From the NCBI GenBank assembly GCA_964016885.1, contig OZ024744.1, positions 51,150,001-51,214,000 of the forward strand: a stretch of 64,000 bases of DNA, written 5' to 3'. A model generated the notes under the pieces. The model ran no database searches and had not been told where the DNA came from. It saw only the letters and a list, made by a program, of their open reading frames with translations. How positions within the stretch are numbered: the first letter of the stretch is position 1; each line of letters begins with the position of its first letter. Both the position numbers and the translations under genes were made by a program. The stretch comes from Eledone cirrhosa. Lineage: Eukaryota. Below, in pieces: positions 38,553-51,159 of the stretch.

Positions 38553-39151
38553 TCGTTTCTGAATTTGTTTAGCAAGATTCTTTATCTGAAATCGTGTGTT
38601 GAAACTGATATTGTTATACTTTGGAGGGTCATGTTGCCAATAAGAAACACACGCACCAGTTGCTTTCACTTCAATTTATTATATATTTATAAATTTACAA
38701 ATCTACAAACTTATAAATTTCTGGTTGGTTGGTTGGTTCCACAACCAGATCGTTGTTTATATATAGTCATAGTCCTTTCGTCACACACTCTGTGACCTCT
38801 TCAGTGACTGGGGATTCCTTTCTTTGTTTCTGTGCCTTTCCTTTCTTCTGTCCTACGCCATTTTGTTTCTGTGTGTGTGACACACACAGAAACAAAATGG
38901 CGTAGGACAGAAGAAAGGAAAGGCACAGAAACAAAGAAAGGAATCCCCAGTCACTGAAGAGGTCACAGAGTGTGTGACGAAAGGACTATGACTATATATA
39001 AACAACGATCTGGTTGTGGAACCAACCAACCAACCAGAAATTTATAAGTTTGTAGATTTGTAAATTTATAAATTTATAAATATATAATAAATTGAAGTGA
39101 AAGCAACTGGTGCGTGTGTTTCTTATTGGCAACATGACCCTCCCAAAGTAT

Positions 39152-39157
<6 letters not shown>
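38551..39157. mobile_element. Solo inverted pLTR pair of the 13155-18335 PLE family
   Basis: Palindrome centred at ~38880. HHRs at 38765-38809 (-) and 38949-38993 (+): agtca-CTGAAGA...GAAA-GGAC-TA-tgact. Confidence 0.9.
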
Positions 39158-39186
<29 letters not shown>

Positions 39187-39669
39187 AAAGATAAACAGAA
39201 ATAACAACACAATACATATATATAGTAACAATAATATATACAGTAATGATAAAAGCATTAATTTATGCTTAAACTTTTAATCTGTACTAATAATATATAT
39301 CTATATATATAAAAGTAAACAATCTCTGCCCCCCCCCCCACACACACACACCACACTTTCATGCGTTAAGTGGTTAAAATTTACTCGTTAGAAATATGAT
39401 ATGAATTTCATTGTGAACAAAGATCTTCAGAAGTGTTAATTACCTCAGCTGTTCTTTTGTCAACGGGGAGACATATTTTAAAAACTACGATTTGTAGTAG
39501 TCAGAAAATAGTTTCTTGTTACCTTGAAGTCCCTATACGAACCCCAATATTATATTTGTGTTCAAATTAAGTTGAAATCATTCAATGTGTGTGTCAGACT
39601 TCACCAAGGGTCCGTACTGTCACCTCTTCTGTCCATAATCTTTATCGACAAGATTGATATGATTGAAGT

Positions 39670-40215
39670 CGTTTATCTAGCGGATGAAGGATCAGCCAGC
39701 TGATATTTGCAGATGACATGGTGTTACTTAATTCAACAGAAGGTGATCTTTGACATGCACTTGATGGGTTTGGTGCCAAGTGCTGCATGGCTGAAATGAA
39801 AACCAGTGCTGCAAAGACTGAGACACTTGTCATCTCATGGAAGCCTGTGCAGTGCACTCTACATGTGAATAGTGTTTCACTGAAGCAGAGAAGTTCAAGT
39901 ATCTTGGGACCGTGTCGAAGAAGGTTAAATAAAGTGAAAGAACTGCAGGAACTGATACAGTGATGTGCCAGCTTCAGAACTCAGTAACCAGAAGAAGGGA
40001 GGTAGGTGTAAATGTCAAACTCGCTTTCTTTAATTGGTATTCATGGTAACCTTTACCTCTGGTCAGGAATCTTGGGTAATGACCGAAAGAATACGAATGC
40101 AAATACAAGTGGTCGAAATGGGGTTCCTTCGAAGGGTCTTGTAGTAACCTTACACTATAGAGTCTGTAGTTCGGAGATCACAGAGAGTCACTCAAGGTAG
40201 AGCTGTTACTTCTCC
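39670..40215 (+). mobile_element. Decayed RTE-like fragment ending in (GAA)n
   Basis: LIFADDMV and KFKYLG. Homologous to 23934-24480. Confidence 0.75.
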
Positions 40216-40261
<46 letters not shown>

Positions 40262-41063
40262 TCGATTCACAAGATGTAACTTCTTTGTCGGCGGTCTTAA
40301 CGTGCCAAGAATATAACTGGTATGATGCCTTGATCTGGCATCATACCAGTTATATTGATAAATATTCCTGCAAGTTTCTAAAACTACAATCTAGTCAAAC
40401 AACATTTCTAGTGAGAATGACGTGTAAAATAGATGAAGGTCCAGGCATTAGCATAGACTTATTCTGTATATCCTTTAAATAAAATGATACAAAGGATATA
40501 TGTTTATTATTGTTTACGTTTCATTTCATTTAACCTTTTCCTTCTAATGAAAGACACTTCTTATTGTTTTCAAATGGGTTTGTAAATAATCAAGTATTTA
40601 GTTGGATTTAGTAATATAACTGACCATCTGATTGAGTTTGGAACATAACTAAACAGAGATTCTTATATAAAATTATGATCGAAGGTTTTTTGATAAATAT
40701 AAACATGTTAACCTTTCCGTTATCATATTTCTAACGAAAGACATTGCCTCTGGGCTTCAAATAGTTTTGATAAGTGTTTCTACTTTAGGCACAAGGCCAG
40801 CAATTACCCAGTACATTACTGGTACTTTATTTTATCGACCCCGTAAGTATGAAAGGCAAAGTCAACCTCGGCGGGATTTGAACTCAGATCGTAAAGGGAC
40901 GTAACTATGCTGGAAAGCATGGCATCCGACCCTCTACCGATACTGCCAATCCACATCAACAATTTGAATGGATATAACTAACTTTCTCATTATTAAGCTA
41001 GTGTTTGGAACATAACTTAACAAGAGTTCTTACATAACAATTATGAAGGTTTTTAGATAAATA

Positions 41064-41521
41064 CTAGACCACCCGTGACCCGTTGGGTCGCGTTCACTTA
41101 ATAATATTTTAAAAAAATCATGTTCACTTAAAAATATACACAGACATGTATATAATGTAAAATGAAATTGGAAGGCCCATATCTATATGTTATAATTTCA
41201 TTCAGCAACACCACTAGCACTCCCTCTCTACCATTTTCCTTTTCTGTCTCCTCCCACTCTCTCCATGTCTCTCTTTCAATCTACTCTCTCACACCCACTT
41301 CTCTTTTTCTCTATCTTTCTCTCGCTCTCTGTTTATGAAGGTACCCGAAAAAAAAGCCGTATCTCAGGAACCCGTGCTCCAATTAACGCGAAACTTATTT
41401 TATTCCATTATATTCCCATTTCAGAGGCAACGTCCTTTCAAAGCATTTTCCCATTTGCATTTTTTTGGCTGTATTAAATTACAGACAAGCACACAATCAC
41501 AGAGTTTTAGTAGTATATAGA
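41064..41521 (-). mobile_element. Non-autonomous Helitron
   Basis: Minus strand begins A|TCTATATAC and ends with hairpin gaccc-aac-gggtc, then CTAG|T. Confidence 0.75.
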
Positions 41522-41924
41522 TGAATACTTTAAAATAGAGAGTGAAGGCGCGTGATTTAGTGGTAACAGAGATGGATTCGCAATCATGAGGTTGCGAGTT
41601 CGGTTCCCACAATGCGTTATATCACTTAATTTCACGTTGCACTTTCTGTTAGGTGTTGCGACTGGTAGATATACCAATGGAAACAGTGTTTCCTGGGTCC
41701 GATTTAACAAGTTTCACCTCATTCGGTAAGCGAATAAAGCCTGGGATCTTATCGATCAAGTCGATCTCGATATGTATCATAGGATGCCAAGCTGTCTAGG
41801 GTCATAAACATTTGCACTACAAAATATTCAGGCTATATTCTATATATAAGTGATATATAACTCTGTTTATATGAGACTATCTATCTATCTCTATCTTTAT
41901 ATATATATATATATCTACCAAGAT

Positions 41925-42559
41925 TCGAACAGGACATTGAAACCATCTTGCACGCAATTGTACACTGCCCGGGCATAACCGACCTGTGGAACTACACAGA
42001 ACAACTGCTGTCACGCATGGGACAAATCCAGTTGACTGCCGAGTTCATAGTAAGGATCAAACCGCCAACTTCTTTCAAAAACAAAAGAGAGGCGGTTTTC
42101 CTCTGTATAGTGGCTATGATAAAAGAGGTTATATGGTGAACGAGATTGAGAGGACTTAGGACAGATACCTTTCTCTCCGGACATTCCCTTCTGTAGGTAC
42201 CACTTTAGAAGGAGAATCAGAGTGGAGAGAGAGGCGCTGCACCCCAGTAAATTTACTGAAAGGTGGGTGAATGTAGCAAAAATGGCCCGAGTGATTGGGC
42301 CTTCTCTGTATATAAACCTGTAGGTTGAAGAAGAGAGCAAAAGGAAGAAAGGAGCACTTGCACAACACACTCCTGAAGTTGAAGGTTGTTCTATCGACGG
42401 GGTATTAAACAACCCATTTGTAACGCCTCCCCCTATTGGGGATTTCGATTGTTAAATTTGTTTGTTTTAATAATATTTTTACACGACTGTATGTAAAATC
42501 CCCGGCATGTGTCTTTGTATTGTCCCCTTTTCTTGTGCGCCCTTGTGGCAAATAAAGAA

Positions 42560-42645
<86 letters not shown>

Positions 42646-43310
42646 GGATCCTTCCAAGAGGACGTGTCCAAGATGCGCGTAGGACATTGAAACAGTCTTG
42701 CACGCAATTGTACACTGCCCGGGCGTAACCGACCTGTGGAACTATGCAAAACAACTGCTGTCGCGCATGGAACAAATCCAGTTGACTGCCGAGTCCATAG
42801 TAAGGATCAAACCGCCAGCCTCTTTCAAAAACGAAAGAGAGCCGGTTTTCCTCTGTACGGTGGATATGGTGAAAGAAGTTATATGGTGGACGAGGTTGAG
42901 AGGACTGAGGACAGATGCCTTTCTCTCCGGACAACAATTGATTTCCTTCTTTAAGTATCACTTTAGAAGGAGAATCAGAGTGGAGAGAGAGGCACTCCAC
43001 CCCAGTAAATTTACTGAAAGGTGGGTGAATGAAGCGAAAATTGCCCGAGTGATTGGGCCTTGTCTGTTTATAAGCCTGTAGGTTGAAGAAGAGAGCAAAG
43101 GAAGAAAGGAGCACTTGCACAACACGCTCCTGGAGTTGAGGGTTGTTCTATCGACGGGGTATTAAACAACCCATTTGTGGCGCTTCTCCCTATTGGGGAT
43201 TTCGATTGTTGTAATTGTTTGTTTTTATATTTTTTATGCGACTGTATGTAAAATCCCCGGCATGTCTTGTATTGTCCCTTTTTCTTGTGCGCCCTTGTGG
43301 CAAATAAAGA
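41925..43310 (+). mobile_element. Two tandem Tx1/L1-like 3' ends with (CTAT)n tails
   Basis: HAIVHCP...KEVIWWTR. AATAAA precedes each (ATCT)n run. Confidence 0.85.
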
Positions 43311-43311
43311 A

Positions 43312-43389
<78 letters not shown>

Positions 43390-46115
43390 TTGCGTGACCT
43401 GGGGATGTTCTGGAAACAGGGTCAGTTTTTAAATGATCTCAGGTCACACTGTATAGATGTGATAGCCATCCGAGTCCAGGATTCACGACAAGCGGCAGCT
43501 AACCCCCTTGTTCGATGATTTTGAGATCTACGCATCTCTTTGTCAGCGAGGAAGTGGAGGGGTAGTTGCTGTTCTGTTTCGAAAAAACCAGAATCCCAAA
43601 GGACAGACAATTTACTTGGACCCGGAGGGCAATTTGGTGGTCCTAGACGTGAATAGTAGTGAAAGTGGAGCTTTCAGACTGGTGGCCGTATATGCTCCGA
43701 CTGGGACATCGTGCCCGGAGTTCTTGAAGCGTCTGGAGTCATCCCTAGGAACGTCTCGCTCTTTACTGTTAGCGGGGGACTGGAATGGGATCTTAGACGC
43801 ACGTTGGGGCATATGATAGCAAAGGGGTGGGGGTGGGGGTTGTAATAGCCCCAAACATCTCATCAGCAAATCCCAACTGGCTGATAGATATCGACTAGAT
43901 TTCCCAAGTGCACCAATGTGGACGTGCAGCAACCACACTGGGTCTTCTAGATCGTATTTAGATAGATTTCTGATTAGACAAAACGATAGGGAATCATTAA
44001 ACTGTCCACAAATGCACATGGTTGCCTATTCAGACCACAAATTAGTGATCTGTGTAGTCAACCTTGATAAAACACATAGACAGGAACCCGGATATTGGAA
44101 GCTAAACATGTCTCTCCCGACGTGTAAAGCCTACAGTAAACAGATTAACACTTTAGTTAAACACCAGTTGACGGAGGCCATCGTCAACAACAGGTGGTGG
44201 TGCTCTCTCAAGAGAGCAATAAGAGTAGAATCAATAGCCTTTAGCAAGGAATTAGCTTTAGAAAAGAACAAAACTGAAAAGGAACTGGTAGCCAAAATAG
44301 AAGAGGCACTTAGGAATGGCAGTACAGCTGACGTGCTAACAGCGAGAACGGCTCTAGACCAGTTCTTCGGCTTGGAAAACGAAGGTTGTATTTTCAGAAG
44401 TAGAACACGTACTCTGAGAAACGAGGGTGCCAAAGCTGTTAGCTGGGCCCGAGTGGCAGAAGCAAAAAGTGGCAACAAATCCACAATTCAGTCTTTGGAA
44501 AACCATGTCGGACGCATATTACTTGAATCCAAGCAGATGTGCACGGCCTTCCAGCAGCACTTGGCACAATTGTTCGGGCAAAGCGGTACGTCGAGCGAGG
44601 TGATGGACTTCAGTTCCTACCTCGACGGCTGACCAGTACTCTTGAACACGGAAGCGAAGAGCTACGAAAGGTCAATCACAGCGGGCGAAATAGAAGATGT
44701 TCTAGGCCGCTGTGGGAAACGCAAATCATCCGGTTTAGATGGTCTACCGTATGAGTTTTACATAGGCATGCCAGACTTGTTCTCTGGCGTCCTCGAAGCG
44801 GTCTACTGCAATTACCAGCAGAACGAGAGAATTCCCAGTTCTGTAGGCAAAGGCGTAGAAATGCTGGTCAGGAAAGATGAGAACAAAAGGCATAATATAA
44901 GCTATTTCAGACCCATAACTCTGCTCAACTCAGAGTTGAAGATTTTGGCCAAGGTATTAGCAACGAAGCTGGCGCTTGTTGTTGAGAGCCTTGTGGGCGA
45001 AGCACAAATGTGTGTAATCCAGACTCTGTCCACACACAACCTCCACCTTATGCGATACATCATAGAAAGGGTAGGGTGTGAACCTGGTTTCGGTGGGGCT
45101 CTGATCAATTTAGATCAATCTAAGGCATTTGATAGAGTCCACCATCAATAGTTGGAAGCGGTTCTCAAAGCGGCCAGCTTCGGTTCCGTTTTCAGAGGCT
45201 GGATTGCTGACATGCAATCTACTCGGCAGTCAAGGTGAATGGCTACCCATTGGAGCCATTCCAAATCATGCGTTCCATCCGTCAATGATGCCCTCCTCCT
45301 CCATTCTGTATGTGCTGACTCTGAGGCACTGCTGCTGAAGTTGGAGCTATTACAGGGCATCCCGATGGAGCCAGGACTGCGAAAAGCTGCGTCAGCCTAT
45401 GTCGACGACGTGACCGTATTGGTGTCGAAAACCTGGGAAATCGGGTAATCGGCCACTTATTACAGGAATACGAAACGTTGACAGACTAAACCCGAACAAG
45501 TCTGTCGGTTTGCAACTCGGCACATTGAGAGGCAAACCGATGTCGCCTGACAACTTCGTTGGACGCTGGACAGAAGGACCGGTGAAATTGCTCGGGGTCT
45601 GGTTTCGTCCAGACCTCCAGGTGAACAAAAATTGGAACGAAGTCACGGCGAATGTATTTGCGCTCTCCCAGAAGTGGGCTGAGTGGAAACTCTCTTTAAA
45701 AGGTTCAACGGAGGTGGCGAACATTTACATAGCTTGCGTCATCTACTACCGCTGGACAGTCATGCCTTGTCCCCCCGTAATCCCCTCACCAAAATGGAAC
45801 GTCTTTTCTTCAAGTTCCTTTGGAAGAAACAGACTCACAGCCCTCTACCAAGCGGAAACGGCAATTAGCAGAGACTCCACCTCGACATTCTATAGAGGAT
45901 TAGTGGAGAATAAGTGCAACGACGTTCTCGGAGAGACTCTGGGCATCGAAGAGGACGAACTGACCAGTCTGTTCGGGAGGACTTTCAGTCCAGGACCTAT
46001 CGATAACTTCCAGAGGTCTCTGGCCTGGCAGTGCTACCAAGAAGCTCTTCCAGTTGGATCTAGGATCTACAGGCACGGACACCCTGGTAGGGATCCTGCC
46101 AAAAGAAGCCCCTCC
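43390..46115 (+). mobile_element. Tx1/L1-like ORF2 pseudogene (AP endonuclease + RT)
   Basis: VAVYAP, LAGDWN, SYLDRF, SDHKLV (endonuclease). FRPITLLNSELKILAK, DQSKAFDRV, YVDD (RT). Multiple frameshifts. Confidence 0.9.
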
Positions 46116-46119
46116 TAGC

Positions 46120-46630
46120 ATCACCAGTTCCAACACCACCACCACCACCACCACCAACATCACCACCACCACCACTATCATCACCACAACCACCACCATC
46201 ACCATCACCACATCCACCACCACCATCACCACCACCACCACTACCACCAGCACTTCCACCACCACCACCACCACCACCACCACCACCACCACCACCACCA
46301 CCACCACAACTACCGCCTCCACCGATCTGCCATATGCTTCAAAGTCATCTTTCATCTTACCTCCTAATCGATAAAATCGATAAAACAAAGGCAGATCAAT
46401 TAGTGGTGAATATCGGATTCAACGTACAAATTTAATCCCGCTATTTTTGTTGTAGTTGTTATTGTTGTTCTTGCTATTGTTGTTGTAGATGTTGTTGTTA
46501 TTGTTGTTGTAGACGTTGTTGTTGTTGTTATTGCTGTTCTTGCTGTTGATGTTGTGGCTGCAGGTCTTATAGACGTTGTTGTTGTTGTTGTTGTTGCTAT
46601 TGATGTTGAAGTTATTGTTGTTGTTGTTGT
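46120..46630. repeat. (ACC)n and (GTT)n trinucleotide tracts
   Basis: Direct sequence. Confidence 0.9.
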
Positions 46631-46984
46631 GAAATGGTAGACTCGTTAGTGGATCTGACTAATCTTTCCGAAACCATATTTCTAATGAAATACACTCAAT
46701 CAGTTAACGAAATATTTTGATTTTAATTCAAATAGGAATCCTTGAAAATGGGTGGTTTTTATTCATAGAACCAGACCCAGTTTTGGCTATTTGGTATGAA
46801 CAAGTTTCAATTCCTTTGTAGTTTTTCCGGTCAGAGTTCAAATCTTGCGGAAGTCAAGTATGCTTTCATCCTTTCGCGCGAGAAATAAAATACGAGGCCT
46901 GTTGGAGCGGTGGATTGGCGGAATTGTTTAATGTGTCGGCGTTTGAGTTCATATTGCCCTTTCTGTCATTGACTGACAAACAAT

Positions 46985-47365
46985 ATCAGTAATAGAAAGA
47001 CCAATGAAAACATTGTTTTCTTGGTCTGCTCTGATGATCAAGTCCTTTCTACTACCAGGAGTTGTGACAGACAGATAGTATCAGTAATGGAAAGACTAAT
47101 AGAAACATTGTTTCCTTGGTCTGCTCTGATGATCAAGCCCTTTCTACTGCCAGGAGTTGTGACAGACAGATTGTATCAGTAATGGAAAGACTAATAGAAA
47201 CATTGTTTCCTTGGTCTGCTCTGATGATCAAGTCCTTTCTACTGCCAGGAGTTGTGACAGACAGATTGTATCAGTAATAGAAAGACCAATAAAAACATTG
47301 TTTCCTTGGTCTAATTTGATGATCAGCTCCTTTCTTCTATATGGAATTGTGACAGACAGACAATA
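46985..47365 (+). repeat. ~4 x 95-bp tandem repeat derived from the SINE S2 body
   Basis: aaacattgttt at ~47008, 47103, 47198 and 47293. Matches the reverse complement of 27598-27672. Confidence 0.8.
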
Positions 47366-47806
47366 ACTGGGGTTACCTCCCTTGCAGAGTTATGCACGTG
47401 GTGTTTCACTACTTCATACTACTGCATTAATCCCGCATGCTGGTGTAGAATAAAATACCTGTTGAGGAAGTGACAGCCTTGTTCCATCATTATACCGAAA
47501 GCTTATTATTGAAGCAGGCAGTATAATTGATTTAGGTATTGCAGAAACCCTTTATTGGATTATACCATCATTTCCAGGGGTCTGAGTAAATATTCTTTTG
47601 TTTTGACCTGTTTGGCTTGCCACCTTTTTTTTTGGCTTAGGTGGTTGATAGCTTCTTGACCGCCATCTCAGTTTGTTTGACCTTTATAACCTATGTTTAT
47701 TGCTCTGGCCTTTTTTTAGTCCATGGAGCGCTTGCCAGTATAACTCGGATATTGCGTTTCGCTTTGTTTTCGACCACTGCCGAAATTCGATCTCACTGAA
47801 ATTATA

Positions 47807-47857
<51 letters not shown>

Positions 47858-47859
<2 letters not shown>

Positions 47860-48124
47860 CATAGCGTAATTTATAATGGGGGTGTATATGAGGATTTATA
47901 TGACATGTTTATGTATAATAAATATATAAGTGTCTCGATTGAATATTTTAAGCTGTGATCAAGTTTAGGAGTGATCTTTAGGCACATGAGAATGTCAGAC
48001 ACATGTTTTTTTTATCGGTAAGACACACACACACACACACTCACACACACATATATATACACATATACACACATACACACACATATACATACATATATAT
48101 ATATGTGTGTGTGTGTGTGTCTGT

Positions 48125-48209
<85 letters not shown>

Positions 48210-48710
48210 TGTGTGTCTTACCGATAAAAAAACATGTGTCTGACATTCTCATGTGCCTAAAGATCACTCCTAAACTTGATCACATCTTAAAATATTCAAT
48301 CGAGACACTTATATATTTATTATACATAAACATGTCATATAAATACCCATATACACCCCCATTATAAATTACGCTATGTTAGTGCTTCTGCTAATTAATC
48401 CTAGCCGGTCAAGTTCTGGCTTTATGTAAATGAGCATCTGCAGTCGATGTTTCATATGCAATAATCCACATAAGTTTTTAAATTTGTATTGTCTCAGTAC
48501 CGAATAAGTAAATGTCATTGATGTTGGATAAAAATCCAGAAATTGCTATATGGCATTCTCACCAGCTACTGAGATAGCTCTGTCATGATCACAGCTTAAA
48601 ATATTCATATCAAGACTCTTGTATGTTTATTATATATAAACATATCGTATATATCTTCATACACACCATTATTATGAACCATACAAGTTATGTCCGTGCT
48701 ACTGCTAATA
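47858..48710. mobile_element. Fold-back element around a (CA)/(TG) centre; right arm extends into a second ~310-bp monomer
   Basis: 47858-48025 mirrors 48213-48380. tgatcaca.cttaaaatattc recurs at 48277 and 48586. Degenerate HHR at 48513-48555. Confidence 0.7.
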
Positions 48711-49261
48711 TATATTTATATATATATATATATACATACATACATACACACAAACACACATACATACATACATACATGCATACATACATGCATACATACA
48801 TGCATACACACACACACTCTCTCTCACACACACACACACACATATATAAATCTATCCATCTTTCTATATCGAGATGAGTGAGGGTGTATGATAGATACGC
48901 TGTTTATAACACACACATATGTATACGTGCAAGTATACACATATACACATACATATGTAAATATATGAGTATGTATGTGTGTGTGTACGTGCCTACGTGT
49001 GTACGTGTCTACGTGTGAGTGTGGACGTGTGTATGTGTGTGGATATTGACATTTTATAAAGTATCATAAAGAAGCTATACAGTGACAATAGATTTTGAAT
49101 AAATTATAACTAAAAAAAAAAAAAATTAACAGCTTTAATGTATTTTTATATATTTGTGAAAAACACCCATAACTCCTTACTTGCGCATGTCAAAAAAAAA
49201 AATGTTTTATACCTCTGCCACCTTGGTTTTATTGAATTTTTAATTATATATACATATAAAT

Positions 49262-49554
49262 ATTGTTGAACCTTGTTTCACGAACGTCTCTCAGCATGAA
49301 CAATTTTTCCGAACATAAAACGTCTTAGTTAACGAACGGCGTCTCGAGTAACGAACACGCAAGCCGGCAACAACGGTTGGCAACAAGCTTAGAGGATCGG
49401 TTTGAAAGCGTCACTTGCTGTGTAGTTAGTTACTATGGTGATATCTATCAATCTCTCTCTCCCTGAATTTCTCTCCCAACATTTCACATGGGAATAATTC
49501 TGGTGACAAATGGCCTTCAAGAACGAATTAAATTCGTTAATCGATGTTCCACTA
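49262..49554. mobile_element. pogo/Tigger-like MITE, decayed
   Basis: Terminal inverted repeats gttgaaccttgtttcacgaa / ttcgttaatcgatgttccac with TA flanks. Confidence 0.55.
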
Positions 49555-49628
49555 TATATATATATATATGTGCGTGTGTGTGTGTGTCTGAGTGTGTGTG
49601 TGTATGTAATAAATAAATAATATATATA

Positions 49629-50221
49629 CTAGACCACCCGTGACCCGTTGGATCATGTTCACTTTAAAAATAATTTATAAATAATTAAAATATACACAGG
49701 CAAGTATATAATGTGAAATGAAACTGGAAGGCCCATATATATACGTGTGTGTATGTATATATATAAATGTGTGTGTATACATATATATAAATATGTATTT
49801 GTGTGTGTGTGATCTAAATACACTGGTCATAGACACACATACGCATATATATATATATACACACACACTCACACACACACATATATATATACACAACAAC
49901 ACCACCAGCTCTCTCTCTTCCATTCTCCTTCTCTGTCTCCTCCTCCTTCCTCTATGTCTCTCTTTCAATCTACTCTCTCACAACCACTACCTCTTTCTCT
50001 CTCACTCTCCCCCCTCTCTCTCTCTGTTTATGAAGATACACGAAAAAACCCCGTATCTCGGGACCCTGTGCTCCGATTTACGCGAAACTTGTTTTATTCC
50101 ATTTGTATCCCTATTTCAGGGGCTAATTCCTTTCAAAGTATTTCCCCATTATGCGCCCTTTTGGCTGTATTACATTACAGAGAAGCAAGTAAACTATCAC
50201 AGAGTTTTAGTAGTATATAGA
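49629..50221 (-). mobile_element. Non-autonomous Helitron (same family as 41064-41521)
   Basis: Same TC...hairpin-CTAG termini and co-linear body. Confidence 0.75.
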
Positions 50222-51159
50222 TATATGAAAAAAAAATGACAAGCTGTTAATTGTACATTTAATTGACCGACATATGTTTCGTCAGGGTACATAAGAATAT
50301 GCAGTACATTCTCATTGAAATCTATCAATCCATCACATCAGGGTATATAATATATCTAAATCTATAAAACATTTAAATCGACATCCTTCGCACCTACTGA
50401 TTATGAACTCGAATTGAACTTAAACTTTACCTTGCCAAATGTATAGTTGTTTTCTCAACGTGTCTCAACACACACACATATATATATATACTTCGTATAC
50501 ACTATATATTCACCAGACACACTCATACACCCACATATATATCATATATATATACACCATATACATATACATATGTATATATATCACAAACGGGTAAAAA
50601 TATAGGAAAAATAATTTGAAAATACAATTGGAGTCTTTTGGAAGAATTACTTGCAAAACGCTTTACCGGTTTCACCGTTTGGTGATTTTCAAAGTTAAGT
50701 GAGATGAAGATATATGTTACTATGCTGTGATTTTCACCATCTTCATCTTCTATTTCCTTTATACACACACACACGCCCCCCCCCATATATATACATACAC
50801 AATTACCATCTCAGAGGACTGTGGCAATGTGAAATAATGTATCTTGCTCAAGGACACAACACGTTGTTCTGTCTGATAATCCAACTCACAACTCTACGAT
50901 CAGAAGCTCTTCGACCTAAGCACTCAGACATGCACCCTCACTATGTATTCATGCAGTAATGTTTTCTGGCCTGATACTCTTACTCAGGCCAAACTAACCA
51001 TTCCGGCAGATCATACAACATGCAGTGATACAATTATCTATCCTAAACTGGAAACACACAGCAATGTTTAAGCAAGAAATATTTCCCCTGCCAGAACATG
51101 GAAGACAGGAGTGGACAACAGTTGAATGGAGACAGAACTGAGGATAACAGACAGAACAT

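Noticed and set aside
46985-47365. Tandem 95-bp units containing CTGATGA and GAAA (tandem retrozyme or CRISPR-like)
   Set aside because: No convincing stem I or II could be paired, there are no unique spacers, and the unit matches the SINE S2 body.
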